NCBI GenBank assembly: GCA_951406725.2
Contig: OX597838.1
Span: 29,884,001-29,948,000 of the forward strand
Direction: 5' to 3'
DNA from: Octopus vulgaris
Lineage: Eukaryota
DNA length: 64,000 bases
A program made the position numbers and the translations under genes. The notes beneath the pieces were generated by a model that saw only the letters and a list, made by a program, of their open reading frames with translations, did no database searches and had not been told where the DNA came from. Shown here in pieces: positions 1-17,063 of the stretch; position 1 is the stretch's first letter, and the number at the start of each line of letters is the position of its first letter.

Positions 1-153
1 AGCTCATAGCTGGATCCATCCTACAATTGACAGCATGTGTCCAACATAAACCCACAGGTCAGTAATGCTCGGGCACTGGACGAGGGTGTGCAGAATGGTC
101 TTGTCGCTCTGAGTGCACCTTAGGCAGGCTTGGCTAACAGCACTTCTGTGCCT
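1..153 (-). mobile_element. L1/Tx1-type LINE ORF2 fragment (CCHC zinc-knuckle region), degenerate
   Basis: The minus strand translates HRSAVSQACLRCTQSDKTILHTLVQCPSITDLWVYVG, a CxxC..HxxxxC..W pattern typical of the C-terminal zinc knuckle of L1-clade ORF2. An in-frame stop follows. Confidence 0.6.
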
Positions 154-1653
154 GGGAAGAAGTTATTTTGTTGTTTAAACCCAGGAGACTACCGGATGAT
201 CAAACAACATTCCATCCCTGACCACCTTCCCCTAATATTCAATTTATCTATAACCGACTTTATCTACTTTAGACTTTCATTTTCTTTTTCTTCTCATGGT
301 TGTGAGTGATTCATAGATTTCACCATTAATTCTTGGAGGTCTGGTGATTGTGTAGAGACAGTGACTGACAGAAGAATGGAAGATGTTTGCAATGGGGCAG
401 TGGGTGGGGTGGTATTTGGTAAGGGGGGCGGGGAAGACGTTTTTATTGTCTGTCGGCAAGTTCAGAAAGAACAAACTACTTTTAATAGGAAAGTGGTAGA
501 CTGGAGGAAACTAGAGGCTGTTCTGCATTGTCGACCAAAAGTAATAGAAATGGTAAATTCAATGGTGTGGGGAAGAATTCTGAGAAGTGGCAAGGGTGGA
601 GAGGGAAAGGGAGGGGACAGTTTTTATGGTGGAATATTGGTTGTAGAGAGTTGAGGAATGAAAACTTGTTTACAAGTGTTATTCCTTTGTTGTTTTTGTT
701 TCTTTATTTGTATGTACATGATGGTGATTCTGTAGCCAGATGGTAGTTTATAGTATTAATGTGGTTTGTGTAATGCTGAACAAAAGAGAAAAGAAAATCA
801 AAATATGTTAGACAATGTAGTCATAGATATTACAAAAAAAAAACAAAAAATGTTATGATGGTCATGGCTGGACTACTTTCGATTATAGATTTGCTAAAAT
901 CAAGGCTGGCTTTGAGCTATATATCAGCATAATATACCTAACTGACTATATTTTCATACTCGTCTTGGTTTGCCGTTGTTAGTGCCACTTTCAAAGGTAT
1001 ATAATTGATTTTATCAAAACTTTGACAGACGAAGAGCAAAGCTGACTGCAGTGGGATTTAAACACAATATAAATGGACATGGCTAAATACTGCCAGGTAG
1101 TTTGTCTGACAGTTTACCAATTCTGCCAGCATCTTGTAAAATAAAATATGTAAATATATTCTGATGCAGTTTGCACTGGCTTTGCAGTGCGGTTGCACCA
1201 AGTGCACAAAATACAAACTGCTTAAATAAAATGAAGAGATTAAGTGTAGACGTCACTCGACTGTTGCACTATTTTTGCATAATTTATATTTCAGCTGTGG
1301 TGCACACATTATGTCTGGCTGTGTGTGTTGGTTAATCCAATGTTAAAATATGACATTTGGAATCTACATGCTCTAGGTTCAATCCTACCTAAAGTATACA
1401 ACTCTGTCTTGACTCCCATCTTGAGAATAAAATTGAGAATATGTACAACTGTGAAGTCTGTCATGTGGTCTGTACCTGTTCTTAGGTAGATGGTTTAACC
1501 ATTTAGCATTTAAATTGACCATATCAAGCTCAAATTTCCTGGTTAATGTTCAAACAGGCCAGATCAGGCTTCTCACACCTACCCTACAATGTCATTCTAA
1601 AAATATACAATTACATCATCAAAATTTTGAAGCTATTGGATAATGTATGATTA

Positions 1654-1858
1654 CAGTAATCCCCTCATTATCAGGGGTGTTACATTCCACCCTCCACCGA
1701 AATAATTGAAATCTAAAAAAAAATACAAATACCTATGGGCTGTAGAAATCCAAGATGTACTGAGGAGTCTACGATATAAATTTACATACATTAACCAGAA
1801 AAATCTGTGATGCACTAAGTGTGCGATAGGTGAACCGCGATATGGTTAGAGATTACTG
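1654..1858. mobile_element. pogo/Tigger-like MITE
   Basis: Ends are CAGTAATC...GATTACTG, preceded by TA. It interrupts another interspersed repeat. Confidence 0.55.
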
Positions 1859-1925
1859 GAATTCAAAATGAATAAATAAGTGCCTTATTTACATTTGAAG
1901 GATATTTGTCTTCATCTTGTTTGTT

Positions 1926-1971
1926 AACACAACGTTTCGGCTGATACACCTTCCAGCCTTCATCAGGTGTC
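1926..1971 (-). ncRNA. Minimal type I hammerhead-ribozyme motif (Penelope-like element remnant)
   Basis: Minus strand reads GACAC-CTGATGA-A-GGCTG(loop)CAGCC-GAAACGTT-GTGTT: stem I, CUGANGA core, stem II, GAAA, palindromic ACGU stem III and a GUU triplet. Confidence 0.65.
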
Positions 1972-2129
1972 TTGGAGAAATTTCGAACCTGGGTTCTCAT
2001 TCCTAAGGTATTTTTCAATGTTATTAATAGTAGTAATAATAATAATAATGGCTTGTGTGTTGGTGACCATTTGTTTACAATCTACATGAAATATCAAGAC
2101 ATTCACACACACAACAGGCTTTTTTTAGT

Positions 2130-2380
2130 TTCAAAAGCACCATGTGAGCGTGGCCGATGCCAGTACTGCCTGACTGGCCCTCGTGCCGGTGGCACCTAAA
2201 AGCACCCACTACACTCTCGGAGTGGTTGGCGTTAGGAAGGGCATCCAGCTGTAGAAACTCTGCCAAATCAAGATTGGAGACTGGTGCAGCCATCTTGCTC
2301 GCCAGCCCTCGGTGAAACCGTCCAACCCATGCCAGCATGGAAAGTGGATGTTAAATGACGACAGTGATGATGATGATGAT
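2130..2380 (+). mobile_element. SINE-like repeat family C (AAAAGCACCCACTACAC...GGAAGGGCATCCAGCTGTAG...(GAT)n tail)
   Basis: Related copies at about 19420-19570, 33350-33493, 34370-34532, 43245-43420, 50065-50245 and 57088-57247 (minus). Confidence 0.75.
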
Positions 2381-2527
2381 GCTGCTGCACTGAGTATGCA
2401 AAATATTTAATCAACATATATAATCCCAGTTCCTAATTTTTGTGTTTTTCCAACGCAATTTCTCTGAGGGGAAACATATTTCACACAAGTTACACCCAGA
2501 TTTTACTTATATTGTTATTGTTTATCT

Positions 2528-2866
2528 TTTGTTTCAGTCATTAGACTGTGGCCATGCTGGGGCATTGCCTTGAAGAATTTTAGTCGAATGAATCGATCCC
2601 AGTACTTATGTTTTAAGTCTAGTATTTATTTTATTGGTTTCTTTTGCCGAACCGCTAAGTTACTGGGGACGTAAACCGACAAACACGGACACAACGGTCT
2701 CTGCTCGCTCCTCCTCATGACTTTCAGTTTCCATCTAGCAAATCCATTTATAAAGTCTAGGGTTGACCTGAGGATATAGTAGAAGATACTTGCTTGAGGT
2801 GCCATGCAGCAAGACTGAGCCCAGAACCATATGGCTGCGAAGCAAACTTCTTACCACACAGCCATG
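2528..2866 (-). mobile_element. tRNA-derived SINE family A
   Basis: Reverse complement of the consensus GGCTGTGTGGTAAG...GGTTCAGTCCCACTG...CCAGCATGGCCACAGTC.AATGACTGAAAC, which recurs many times in the window. Confidence 0.8.
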
Positions 2867-4510
2867 ACTTTTTTTTTAAACAAAAAAATAAAATAAACAA
2901 AAAAAAACTGGGAAACAAATTCATTTTTCCATCCCGACTGTTAATCTTGCATAATTTACATCCCTGAAATGGTTTTATCTTCTTCTTATTGCTGTTGATG
3001 TTGTTGTTGTTAGGGTGGCGACGTGTATCAGGGACAACAGTGCCAGATAAACAGAAAAATGGTTTAATCTCTGCTGCTGCTGTGGCTGCTACTGCTGCTT
3101 TTGTTGTAGTGGGTGTATGTCAGACATGGTAGTATGAAAGAGAAAAGAGACAGAAAATGACTTTATCTTTTATTGTTGTTGTTGTTAGAGGCGGTAGTGA
3201 TGATGATGGTGGTGGTGGTGTGACAGAGGTGGTAGCAGTGTTAGAGAAAAATGGCCGAGGTCTTTTAGTTCCAGCCATTTGATGTTTAGCCTCTCGCTCC
3301 CTTCAGGATCGATAAAATGTGAAGTACAAATCGAGTCAATAATTAGTGGAGATGATTAAATCAACCGGAGGGGGTGGGTGGGACACCTCCCCCCACCTCA
3401 CACCAAAGTAATTTGGGGCATGTGTCTAATGAGAAAAATGTTAGACATCATTTATTACTCATCGTTATTTAATTATTATTAATGATAATACTAATGACAA
3501 TAATAATAATAATAATATTGATACTAATGATAATAATAGTAGTAATAATGATGCCAATAATAATAATGATGATAACGATACTAATGATAATTATTATTAG
3601 GGTGGATTAGTTGAATCATTAGCATGTTGGAGCAGAATGCCTGGCTGTATTTTCTTATGGTTCTTTACGATCTGAGATCAAATCCTGCTGAGGTCGGTCA
3701 ACATTGCCTTTTATCTCTTCAGGATTGATAAAGTACCAGGTAACTACTGAGGTCGATGTAATCAACTATACCTCTCCCTTAAATTTAAAACATGGTACTT
3801 ATGTGAAACATTATTATTATCATTATTGAAGTGGTACGCTTGACCAAATGCTTAGTGGTGTTTCATCTGTTGCTACGTTCTGAGTTCAAATTCCACCAAG
3901 GTCAGTTTTGCTTTTCATCCTTTCAGGATTGATTAAATAAGTACCAGTTGTGCACTGGGGGTTGATGTAATCGACTTTCCCCAAATTTCAGGCCTTGTGC
4001 TTCCAGTAGAAATGATCATCAATGATATTAATACGCTAACTTTTTGGTTTTTTTATGTACCTGATGTGTGTGTCACACTTACTTCAAAGAAGTGGCAAAG
4101 TGAGAGGAGGACAGAGAGAGAGAGTGAAAGAGATAGTGAGTGGTAACGGCGTTCATTTTGTGTTTTTAAATGCTTATCACATCACAAGAGAAGTAGATAC
4201 ATAAATACATATACACATTGTTAAATCAGAAACAGGAGAGAAGAGGGACACAAAGGAAGTGAAAGAGAAAGAGAGAAAGTGAGAGAAACAGTAGATACAT
4301 AAATCCAAAGAAAAGTTCATACATAGATACATAGACACGGCAAATATTGGATGTCAATTTCACTTTTTATTACCACACGAGGATAAAATTAACTCACAAA
4401 TGGCTGAGTACTCCACAGACATGCATAACATTAGCGTAGTTCTCGGGGAGATTCAGTCTCACATAGAATATGACAAGGCTGGCCCCTTTGAATCACAGCT
4501 GCAACTCGAG

Positions 4511-4571
<61 letters not shown>

Positions 4572-6517
4572 TGTGTTTGTGTGTGTGTATAGTTGAGGTT
4601 AGTTAAAACATGTTTGCAATAATAAGTGTCATGTGAATTACCAAACATTCATTCATAAATCCATTTATCATTTCATTCTCGAAGTTGGTCCATTTGCGTC
4701 CCTGTAATTTAGCTGTTCAGCAGAAGAGACTGATAGAATAAGCACCAGGCTTACAGGGAATAAGTCCAGGGGTTAATTTCTTCGACTAAAGGGTGGTGCT
4801 CCAGCATGGTCACCGTCAAATGACTGAAACAAGTAAAAGAATAACAGAATACCAGAAGAACGTTCTGTGCCACTAAACCAAGAAGGTTCTTTGAATATTT
4901 ACGATGTATTTTAAGGTTAAATAGTAATTCCGTTTACGTTTGTGTAACTGAGATATTTTGGTTGGATTATATAGTCATTGGTGTTACATCACTTTCTATA
5001 TTCTGTAACTGTCACAATATACTTTTTTAGGCCTGAAATTTTTGTGGGGAGGGGGGCCAGTTGATTAGATCAACCCCAGTACACAACTGTTACTTAGTTT
5101 ATCGAGCCCCAAAGGACGAAAGGCAAAGTTGACTTCAGCAGAATTTGAACTCAGAACGTAAAGACAGACAGTCATAATATACAAACATTTCTCGTAGTAC
5201 CAGTACACTGTTTACAGATGCTTATATTTTTTATGTTTACTGTGAATTTTTCATGGGTCCAGTCAGTTATTATTATTATTTTAAGGTGGCTTAATAGAAA
5301 GGATAATAATAATAATAATAATGAGCATGTCCCTTAGTGGCTGATGATATGTGCATCTCTGATCACGAGCAGAAGTAGTGGGGGAGCATCATAGCCATGT
5401 GTTCAGAGGGATTCTTTGGGGTTTGAATAATTCACCTCTGGAAACATGGGTGGTTCTTTCAACATCCTTAAACAACCCTTATTCAGGGGCCATTTGAGCG
5501 GGATGGGCTACTCAACCTGAAGAAAATTCTAACTGGGCCCCACCTGCAAGGTCATGTGCTGTTTGTCTTGGTGTGGGATCACATATGTCGCGCACATATT
5601 GTTCTGATGCATGTGCCTGGTGTACCCTTATCAGACGGGTAGTCATGATGGGTATACTGGGCTTCATATATTTTACCCCAGTGTCACTTTGGTGGCATGC
5701 ACTGCTCTCTCGCTCAATAATAATAATAATAAGGCGGTGGTGAGCTGGCAGAATCGTTAGCACACTGGGTGAAATGCTTAGCAACTTGGAACATTTTTGG
5801 TCAGAGAACTGCTTGATCAGAATCTGACTTTTGATAAAACAACAATGCAGGCATCTCAGCTTGTTTGAGAATGTAACCTGCAATTTACTGCCACGCTAGT
5901 CTATGGAGATAGATCCCCACCCCCTCACCCCCACCCTTCCCTGGCCACTTAGCACCATGAAGATGGGGTTAAACTATGAGATTTCTCAAGTGTCGCAGAC
6001 ATTTGACATTTAAAGTCTTCGTTAAAATGTCCTCTCTTCAGTGTCTTAGCTTTGCAGAATTCTTGGCTGTCAGTATTTCTGAACCATTACTACAACATTA
6101 TTATAATGTTAATTACTGACTGGATCGTTAACCTTTCGTCACAAGTTTCTAACGAAATACACATTATCTTATTGTTTTTGAATTATGGTTTGGTTGGAAT
6201 TAATAAAATAAAGTTTTCCATTGTTGAACATTTAGAACTTTTCTTAAAGGAAAGGAGGTTATACGTACAAAAATTATAGTTGTTTTAATTAGGGTTTAAT
6301 TTAAATTGAACCCTTTAAAACAGCCTGGCCTTGTGTTGGGTCATCCCATAAATAATGTGGTTTTTTTCAACTGCATGAACTAAGTCAGAGGGGAACGGGA
6401 TAAACTACCTGCATCAACTTGCTTTAAAAGCAGGTAGTAATTTTACCTTGTTCTTACTCTTAGTGCAACTTGTGAAGAGTGCAGTTTGATTTTAATAGTT
6501 ATTTTTTCAGAGCTATA

Positions 6518-6586
6518 ATGGAAGTGACAAAGGAGCATATTCGGCATATTTTGCTTTATGAGTTCAATAAAGGCAACAATGCAACA
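6518..6586 (+). mobile_element. mariner transposase N-terminal fragment
   Basis: ATG-initiated MEVTKEHIRHILLYEFNKGNNAT resembles mariner transposase N-termini (R..L.YEF..G..A). It is truncated by a SINE fragment. Confidence 0.6.
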
Positions 6587-6706
6587 GGTCGACTTTGCCT
6601 TTGATAAATTAAGTACCAGTGATACACTGGAGTCAGTGTAATCGGCTTACTCCCTCCCACCATATTTTAGGCCTTGTGCCTCCAGTAGAAAAGATTATTA
6701 TTATTA

Positions 6707-7073
6707 TGGTGGTGAAATCTTAGTGGTATTTCGTCTGCCATTACGTTCTGAGTTCAAATTCCACTGAGGTCGACTTTGCCTTTCATCCTTTCGGGGTCGA
6801 TAAATTAAGTACCAGTTATGCACTGGGCTCGATATAATCGATTTAATCCATTTGTCTGTCCTTGTTTGTCCTCTCTGTGTTTAGCCCCTTGTGGGTAGTA
6901 AAGAAATAGGTATTTCGTCTGCTGCTACATTCTGAGTTCAAATTCTGCCAAAGTCGACTTTGCCTTTCATCCTTTCAGGGGTCGATAAATAAATACCAGT
7001 TGAGTACTGGGGTTGATGTGATTGACTTTCTTCCTCTCCACAAAATCTGGGCCTTGTGCTTACAGTAGAAAGG

Positions 7074-7118
<45 letters not shown>

Positions 7119-7130
7119 GTTATTATTATT
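6707..7130 (+). mobile_element. SINE family B with duplicated internal module and (ATT)n tail
   Basis: GTTCTGAGTTCAAATTC...GCCTTTCATCCTTTCGGGGTCGATAAA.TAAGTACCAG occurs twice. Many other copies are in the window. Confidence 0.75.
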
Positions 7131-7572
7131 TTAAACACAGAAATTAGTGTTAGATCCTGCTTCAGCCTTCCAGGAATTAAAATGTTTTGCTTTTGACTTC
7201 TTTTGAAGAATCAGGAAATGGTTTGATGTACGGTCACAGTTACTAGTTGCTAGGTTTCACTATCTGTGTTTAGTTATAAAACAATCACTTACTGTTAACA
7301 TACTAACTTCCATGACTAACGACCGAGATTTTTCTATTTTTGTTTTAGGAGGGTGAGGCTTTCTATATATGGTAGCCATGCTATAGTCACTGGTGTGGCT
7401 GTGTGGTAAGAAGCTTGCTTCCTAACTACATGGTCCTGGGTTCAGTCCCACTGCATGGTGCCTTAGGTATTTGTCTTCTGCTATAGCGTTGGTCTGACCA
7501 AAGCTTTGTGAGAGGGTTTGGTGAGTGGAAAATGAAAGAGAACCATTTGTGTGTGTGTGTGTGTGTGTGTAA

Positions 7573-7788
7573 TGAGGGAGTGCTGAAAAATTCCTGGCTT
7601 TGGGTAACAGAAAATACAGGAGGATAAGTTATGATTTTATCCAACATATTCCCCCTCTCAGATTCACACACTTATTGCAGCAGTCCCCCAGTTTTTGTAA
7701 GCCCTGTAAAAGAAGTCGGAAGGTTAATCGTCCAACCAGGCCTTTTGCGATACCCTTAAAGCCAGGAACTTTTCAGCACCCCCTCCTG
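7573..7788. mobile_element. mariner-like MITE
   Basis: TIRs of about 28 bp: GAGGGAGTGCTGAAAAATTCCTGGCTTT / AAAGCCAGGAACTTTTCAGCACCCCCTC, followed by TA on the right. Confidence 0.7.
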
Positions 7789-8891
7789 TATGCACACACA
7801 CACACACACATATATAGTGTCATAATTTGGTATCCGTATTCCATATTCAACAAGGGACACATTGAAAAAAAAAAAAAAAAAAGAAAACCAAAAAAAACTC
7901 AATGAAGTATTCCTGAATAAAAACACTGATACTGGAATTTTGGGTTGTGTTGGTTCCCAAGAATATCTGAAAGAAAATCCAGTTCCTCTGACAAAGTCTC
8001 ACTCCCAGACATTTAGCACCGATCAACCTTTGCGATAATCCTGCTCCAATTCTCTTAGTCATTATGTGGCTAGAGTTTTTTTGTGTTAATTGAAATGGTA
8101 TTTAAGATAATTTCACTAACGGATATATGCACTCTATTACTCTTTTGTGTCATTGGACTGTGGCCATCCTGGAGCATATCTTGGCTCTGAAAGAAATACC
8201 TTTTTTTTTTGTGGTTTTGTACTGAATACTTAATTTAATTGTGACATGGTTGTTTAATTACTCAGACATTCCAAAGAACTTTCTCCAATGTTTTTTTTTT
8301 TTATTTCAAGAATATAAACTGTTAATCGAAGGGATATTTGGTTGCTATTTCTAGCTGGTTGATGGAGACCCTGTAGAGCAGTGATTCTCAACCATTTTGT
8401 TTTTGCCTATGGATCCCTTTGATCCCTATATTGCTTACCCTCCTGGACCCTTAATCCTTTTTATACTTTAGAAAAATCCTATTCTATTTTCATAATACTA
8501 TAGCTGAGTGGTAAGAAGCTTGCTTCCCAACTACATGGTTCCAGGTTCAGTCCCACTGTTTGGCACTTTGGGCAAGCTTCTTCCACTTTAGCCTTAGGCC
8601 GACCAAAGCCTTGTGAATGGATTTCGTAGACAGAAACTGAAAAGAAGCCCATTGTGTGTGTGTGTCTTCATGTTTGCCCCCCTCCCCTCTTCCACTGCTT
8701 GACAACTGCTGTTGGCATGTTTACATCCCTGTAGCTTAGCAGTTCAGCAAAAGAGACTGATAGGAATAAGTACCAGGCTTAAAGTAGAAAATGAGTGTTG
8801 GGGGTTGATTAGTTTGGCTAAAAATTCCTCGTGGTGGTGCCCCAGCATGGCCGCAGTGTCATGACTGAAACAGGTGAATAGAAAGGTGCAG

Positions 8892-12382
<3,491 letters not shown>

Positions 12383-14488
12383 ATAATTATATCAGGAAAT
12401 TATTAGAATATTTTGGTGTCTTGTCGAAACAGAACCAGTTTATTGCCCATGCTTTTGAACATCAAAATCTTAATGTAGGTCCTGGTTTAAAACTACTGTT
12501 GTTGAAGCTGTGAATTAAGCCAGGGACCTCTTTTCATCCAGGGACCTAAGTTAATGTAAAATGAACCCCCTCCCCTCAAAAACCTACATTTAAACCAGAA
12601 GAAAGGTTCTCATCTCACTTTCCCACACTTTTATTTCCCTGTCATTGTAACAATAATGAATTGCTTGAAAGGTCTCAGGATTGATGAAAAAGATAGAATA
12701 AAATAAAATATAGTGTTTGGGGTTGTGTGAAAGAGAGGGTGAATAGCTAGGGTATGTGTGTGTATAAATAAAGTACCCTTTTTTTTTTTTTTTTTGACCC
12801 AGTCCAAGCACACAGTAATTTATTTCAGTGATGTTGAATATTTTGGTGACACTTGAATGAACAATTGTTGTGTCTAAGCAAAGCCAATGACTCACTGCCT
12901 GCCTGCCTGACTGACTGACTCAGATACCTGGGTATTCAATATAGACAAGGTGATGGGTAGAAAGTTAATTATTATCAGGGCCATGTGAATTTTTAAGGAA
13001 GGTTTGGAAAGAAAAGAAAAATGAAATAAAAAAGTTAAAATCCATTTAATTTGATTTGACCTTTTCGACACCAGTCTGTGGAAGACCACCCTCTCTGTCA
13101 TGTAAAAGAAAGAAAAATAAACCTGTCCCTTTTAAAATCTTTTATTAAACCTGTGACCATGCTGGGGCACCACTTTGAAGAATCTTTTAGTTGAATGACT
13201 CAACCCTCAGTGCTTTTTTTTTTGAAATCCTTGTACTTTATTCTACTAGTCTATTTTGCTGAACTTCGAAAATGAAGTTATGGGGATATAAACACACCAA
13301 CACCAGTTGTCAAATAGTGGGTGGGACAGACAGAAAGACACATACACACAACAGGTTTCTTTCAGTTTCCATCTACCACATCCTCTTGCAAGACTTCGGT
13401 TGGACCGAGGCTATTTGGAAGACATTTGCCCAAGATGCCATGCAGTGGGACTGAACTCAAGACCATGTGGTTGGGAAGCAAATTTCTTTCCGCACAGCCA
13501 CATCTGTACCTATGTTAATATCTAAATAGGTGCTACCATGGCTGTGTGGTTAAAAGAAGCTTGTTTTGCAGCCGTGTGGTTTTGGGTTCAGTCCCGCTGT
13601 GCAGCACCTTGGGCAATTGTCTTCTTCAGTAGCCATGGGTCAACCAATGCCTTGTGATGGAAACTGTGTAGAATCCCATCACTATTTTACATTTTCAAGT
13701 CTTTATTGTTGGTGTTTAACCATTTCATTGCCATACATGTTTCTGTTAGGTGCAAGAAGCTTGTTTCCCAACCACATGGTTCTTGGTTCAATCCCTCTGT
13801 GTGGCACCTTGGGCAAGTGTCTTCTGGTATAGCCTCGGGCCGACCTAAGCCTTGTGAGTGGATTTGGTAGACAGAAACTGAAAGAAGCCCGTTGTATATA
13901 TATGTATGTTTGTGTCTGTGTTTGTCCCCAGCATCGCTTCACAACTGATGTTGGTGTGTTTATGTCCCCGTTACCTAGCGGTTTGGCAAAAAGAGACTGA
14001 TAGAATAAGTACCTGGTTTAATAAAGAAGAATTTATTGAAATGATTGTCATTATTTTGCTGGTGTTGGGAAATAATGGTAAAATTCTCTTGAGAGCTGAA
14101 CAATAGGTCTTCAGACAAGTGTTCTGGCCCTTAACTCTTTATACTCTAAGTGGGTCCGGGGCTGCATCCAGGTCATGGTTCCTGGGTGCCCATCTGCTGA
14201 CGCTTTTCAGCTATTGGGTATCAGAGATTTGTGCATGGAGATTTCATCTCGTCATAACTCCTTTCCATTGACTCAGCTTTCAAACTGTTGTGTCGAGGGT
14301 CATTGACACCCCTGGGAGATTGGAAGAATGGACTTGCTGAATTCTTATAAAGAGTAGTGTATTGGTTGAGACAACAGGTCGGTAGGAGTCGTTGAGAGGG
14401 TGTTTTGGAGTTCCACAAAGTACGTCCTAGGAACACCTTGATTTTACCTCCACTTCGTTAAATTAATATATCCAACATGTGTCTAGGA

Positions 14489-14667
14489 CAGTGGTTTTCA
14501 ACCAGGGTTCCGCAAGAAGTTACAAAACTGCTAAAATCGACAGTAATTTTTAATTCTCCTGTGCAGATATGTGTGCATAAGACTATTAAAATATTGCACA
14601 GGGGTTCCTCGAGCCAGTGGAATGTTTCCTTGGGGTTCCGCTCCAGCAAAAAGTTTGAAAAGCACTG
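14489..14667. mobile_element. hAT (Charlie-like) MITE
   Basis: Ends CAGTGGTTTTCAA...TTGAAAAGCACTG with a perfect 8-bp TSD, GTCTAGGA (14481-14488 and 14668-14675). Confidence 0.85.
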
Positions 14668-15885
14668 GTCTAGGATGTAACACAAACTTTATACTTACAG
14701 AAGAAATAATGTTGGTTGTCATGGTAACATGAAATTTTGATGGAGGGTTTTAATTTAGATCACTTGAAAACAAAATGTTTGTGTCATAAAATTAAGGGCA
14801 GTCTCGGGTGGATTGGTGCCAAAAGGGTTAACCCTTTTGTTAGCATATTCCTGTTGAAACTCATTATCAATGTTGTAGTTAATTTTGGAAATATTGAAGA
14901 ATTTGGTAAAATAACTTTGTCGTTAATCTAGTTTTTGGAACTTGAATTAACATGGAATTTTGATAAAAGGTTTTTAAAGACTGGGTTGGTCTCCAGTGAG
15001 TGCCTGTCAAATGGGTTAATCCCAAATGACTCCTAAGTTGGAATTAATCCTTTTAAGCTGCGATCCTCCCTTGTGTAACAAAACAAAACAAAACAAGGGA
15101 GAGAAATCTCATAATATCAGCCATCAGAAGTTTTTTTTTAAATGTGGATGATGCAAATGAGAGAAGATCTTGTCTTTAAAGTGTTGTATGTATTTTTTGG
15201 GGGGTTGTGAAGTAGTAATGGCGTCTATGTCCCTTTCTCCATCGCCAGCATTGTTGTTTGTTAGACATAAAATTGGGAGCCCAGGGATGTAGGTGAGGAG
15301 GGTTCACCTTTTTATTTTACCTTACCCTCATGGTGGCGGCTGCTGCTGTACTAGTGTTTATTTATTTATTTTTTTATACCTTATTTTGAAGTTTTCCTTT
15401 ATTCTGGTTGAAAATAAGATGAAACTTAATACAAAATGATTTCTACCTTTCAACTTGGCTGCTTGCACGTTGGCACTAGCAGCAGCAGCAGTAGTAGTAG
15501 TAGTAGTAGTTAGAAAGCCACCTGATGCCTACCTGTGTCTACCTGTCTACCTGCTCTATTGTTTTGTGTCACATGGCCTGAAGCAGTGCTGGTTACCTAA
15601 AACCAGAGACCTTTCTTCTCCCCAGCTCCACCATCTTTCCACCCCCACCCCCATCCTGTTCTTCTTGTGCCTTTAGAATCTTTGTGAAAGACTTTGGAGA
15701 TTTTTTTTTATTTCAGGTTTTATATTGGTGATTGTTGTTGTTGTTGTGCATTAGACCTGACAACCTTTTTTAGTTGGGTATTGTATCATGTTAGGTAACT
15801 GCCACTCAACTCCACCACAATGGATATATGTGTGTGGGTGTGTATGTGTGCCTGTCTGTCTATAGGCATGGCTTTATGGTAAGAA

Positions 15886-16300
15886 GGCGGCAAGCTGGCA
15901 AAAACATTAGCACACTGGGCGAAATGCTTAACAGTATTTTGTCTGCCGTTATGTTCTGAGTTCAAATTCCGCCGAGGTCGACTTTGCCTTTCATCCTTTC
16001 GGGGTCGATAAATTAAGTACCAATTACGCACTGGGGTCGATATAATGGACTTAATCCGTTTGTCTGTCCTTGTTTGTCCCCTCTATGTTTAGCCCCCTTG
16101 TGGGTAGTAGAGAAATAGGTATTTCGTTTGCCGTTATGTTCTGAGTTCAAATTCCACCGAGTTCCACTTTGCCTTTCATCCTTTTGGGGTCGATAAATTA
16201 AGTACCAGTTACACACTGGGGTTGATGTAATCAACTTAATCCCTTTGTCTGTCGTTGTTTGTCCCCTCTGTTTAGCCCCTTGTGGGCAATAAAGAAATAA
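15886..16300 (+). mobile_element. SINE family B, dimeric internal module with LINE-like tail
   Basis: Head GGCGGCAAGCTGGCA followed by two modules of about 180 bp, each ending TGTTTAGCCCCTTGTGGG...GAAATA. A related copy lies on the minus strand at about 24600-25017. Confidence 0.75.
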
Positions 16301-16854
16301 GTTAGCTTTGCAATCAAATGGTTCTGGGTTCAATTCCACAGCATAGCACCTTGAGCAAGTTTCTTCTACTGTAGCCTCAGGTTAACCAAAGCATTATTTG
16401 TGGATTTGGTAAATGGAAACTGAAAGAAGCCTGTCATTTGTGTGTGGGTGTGTAGTGTAGTGTATGTCCTCCACCACTGCTTAACAACCAGTATTGGTTT
16501 GTTTACATCCCAGAAGTGTGTACATATACACACACACACACACACGCACGCACACACTCGAGCAGATCTATTGTACAATACTGCATTTGTTTAACCCCTG
16601 TTCAGTCCTGATTGAGCAGTTTGATGATGAAAGGCATTCCAGCTGTGGCCACCCTGTCTTTTTAGGAATAAATCTAGGATTACATTCGTCCATTTTGTCC
16701 ATTTATTATTTAAAGTGGGTCAGATGTGATCTGAGTGAGCCTTCGGAACATGAATTGGGTTGACTGACCACGACTGGACACATACCCCCCCGCTTCTTCT
16801 CCCATGCGATGCCGTTCATCATCATTGACAGTGACCAGTTTGCATTGCCACACA

Positions 16855-17020
16855 GGAGTGGCTGTGTGGTAAGTAGCTTGCTTGCCAACCACATGGTTCT
16901 GGGTTCAATCCCACTGCGTGGCACCTTGGACAAGTGTCTTCTACTATGGCTTCAGGCCAACCAAAGCCTTGTCAGTGCATTTGGTAGACAGAAACTGAAA
17001 AGAAGCCCATTGTGTGTGTG

Positions 17021-17063
<43 letters not shown>

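Noticed and set aside
14110-14455. GC-richer segment that might be a LINE coding remnant
   Set aside because: No recognisable motif in the frames I translated. It needs a database search.
15455-15676. Hydrophobic ORF as the missing signal-peptide exon
   Set aside because: It starts at TTG, its hydrophobicity comes from (GCA)n(GTA)n microsatellites, and no suitable phase-1 donor was found.
16855-16925. tRNA genes at SINE heads
   Set aside because: Only box A/B-like motifs are present, embedded in longer multicopy SINEs. No convincing cloverleaf.
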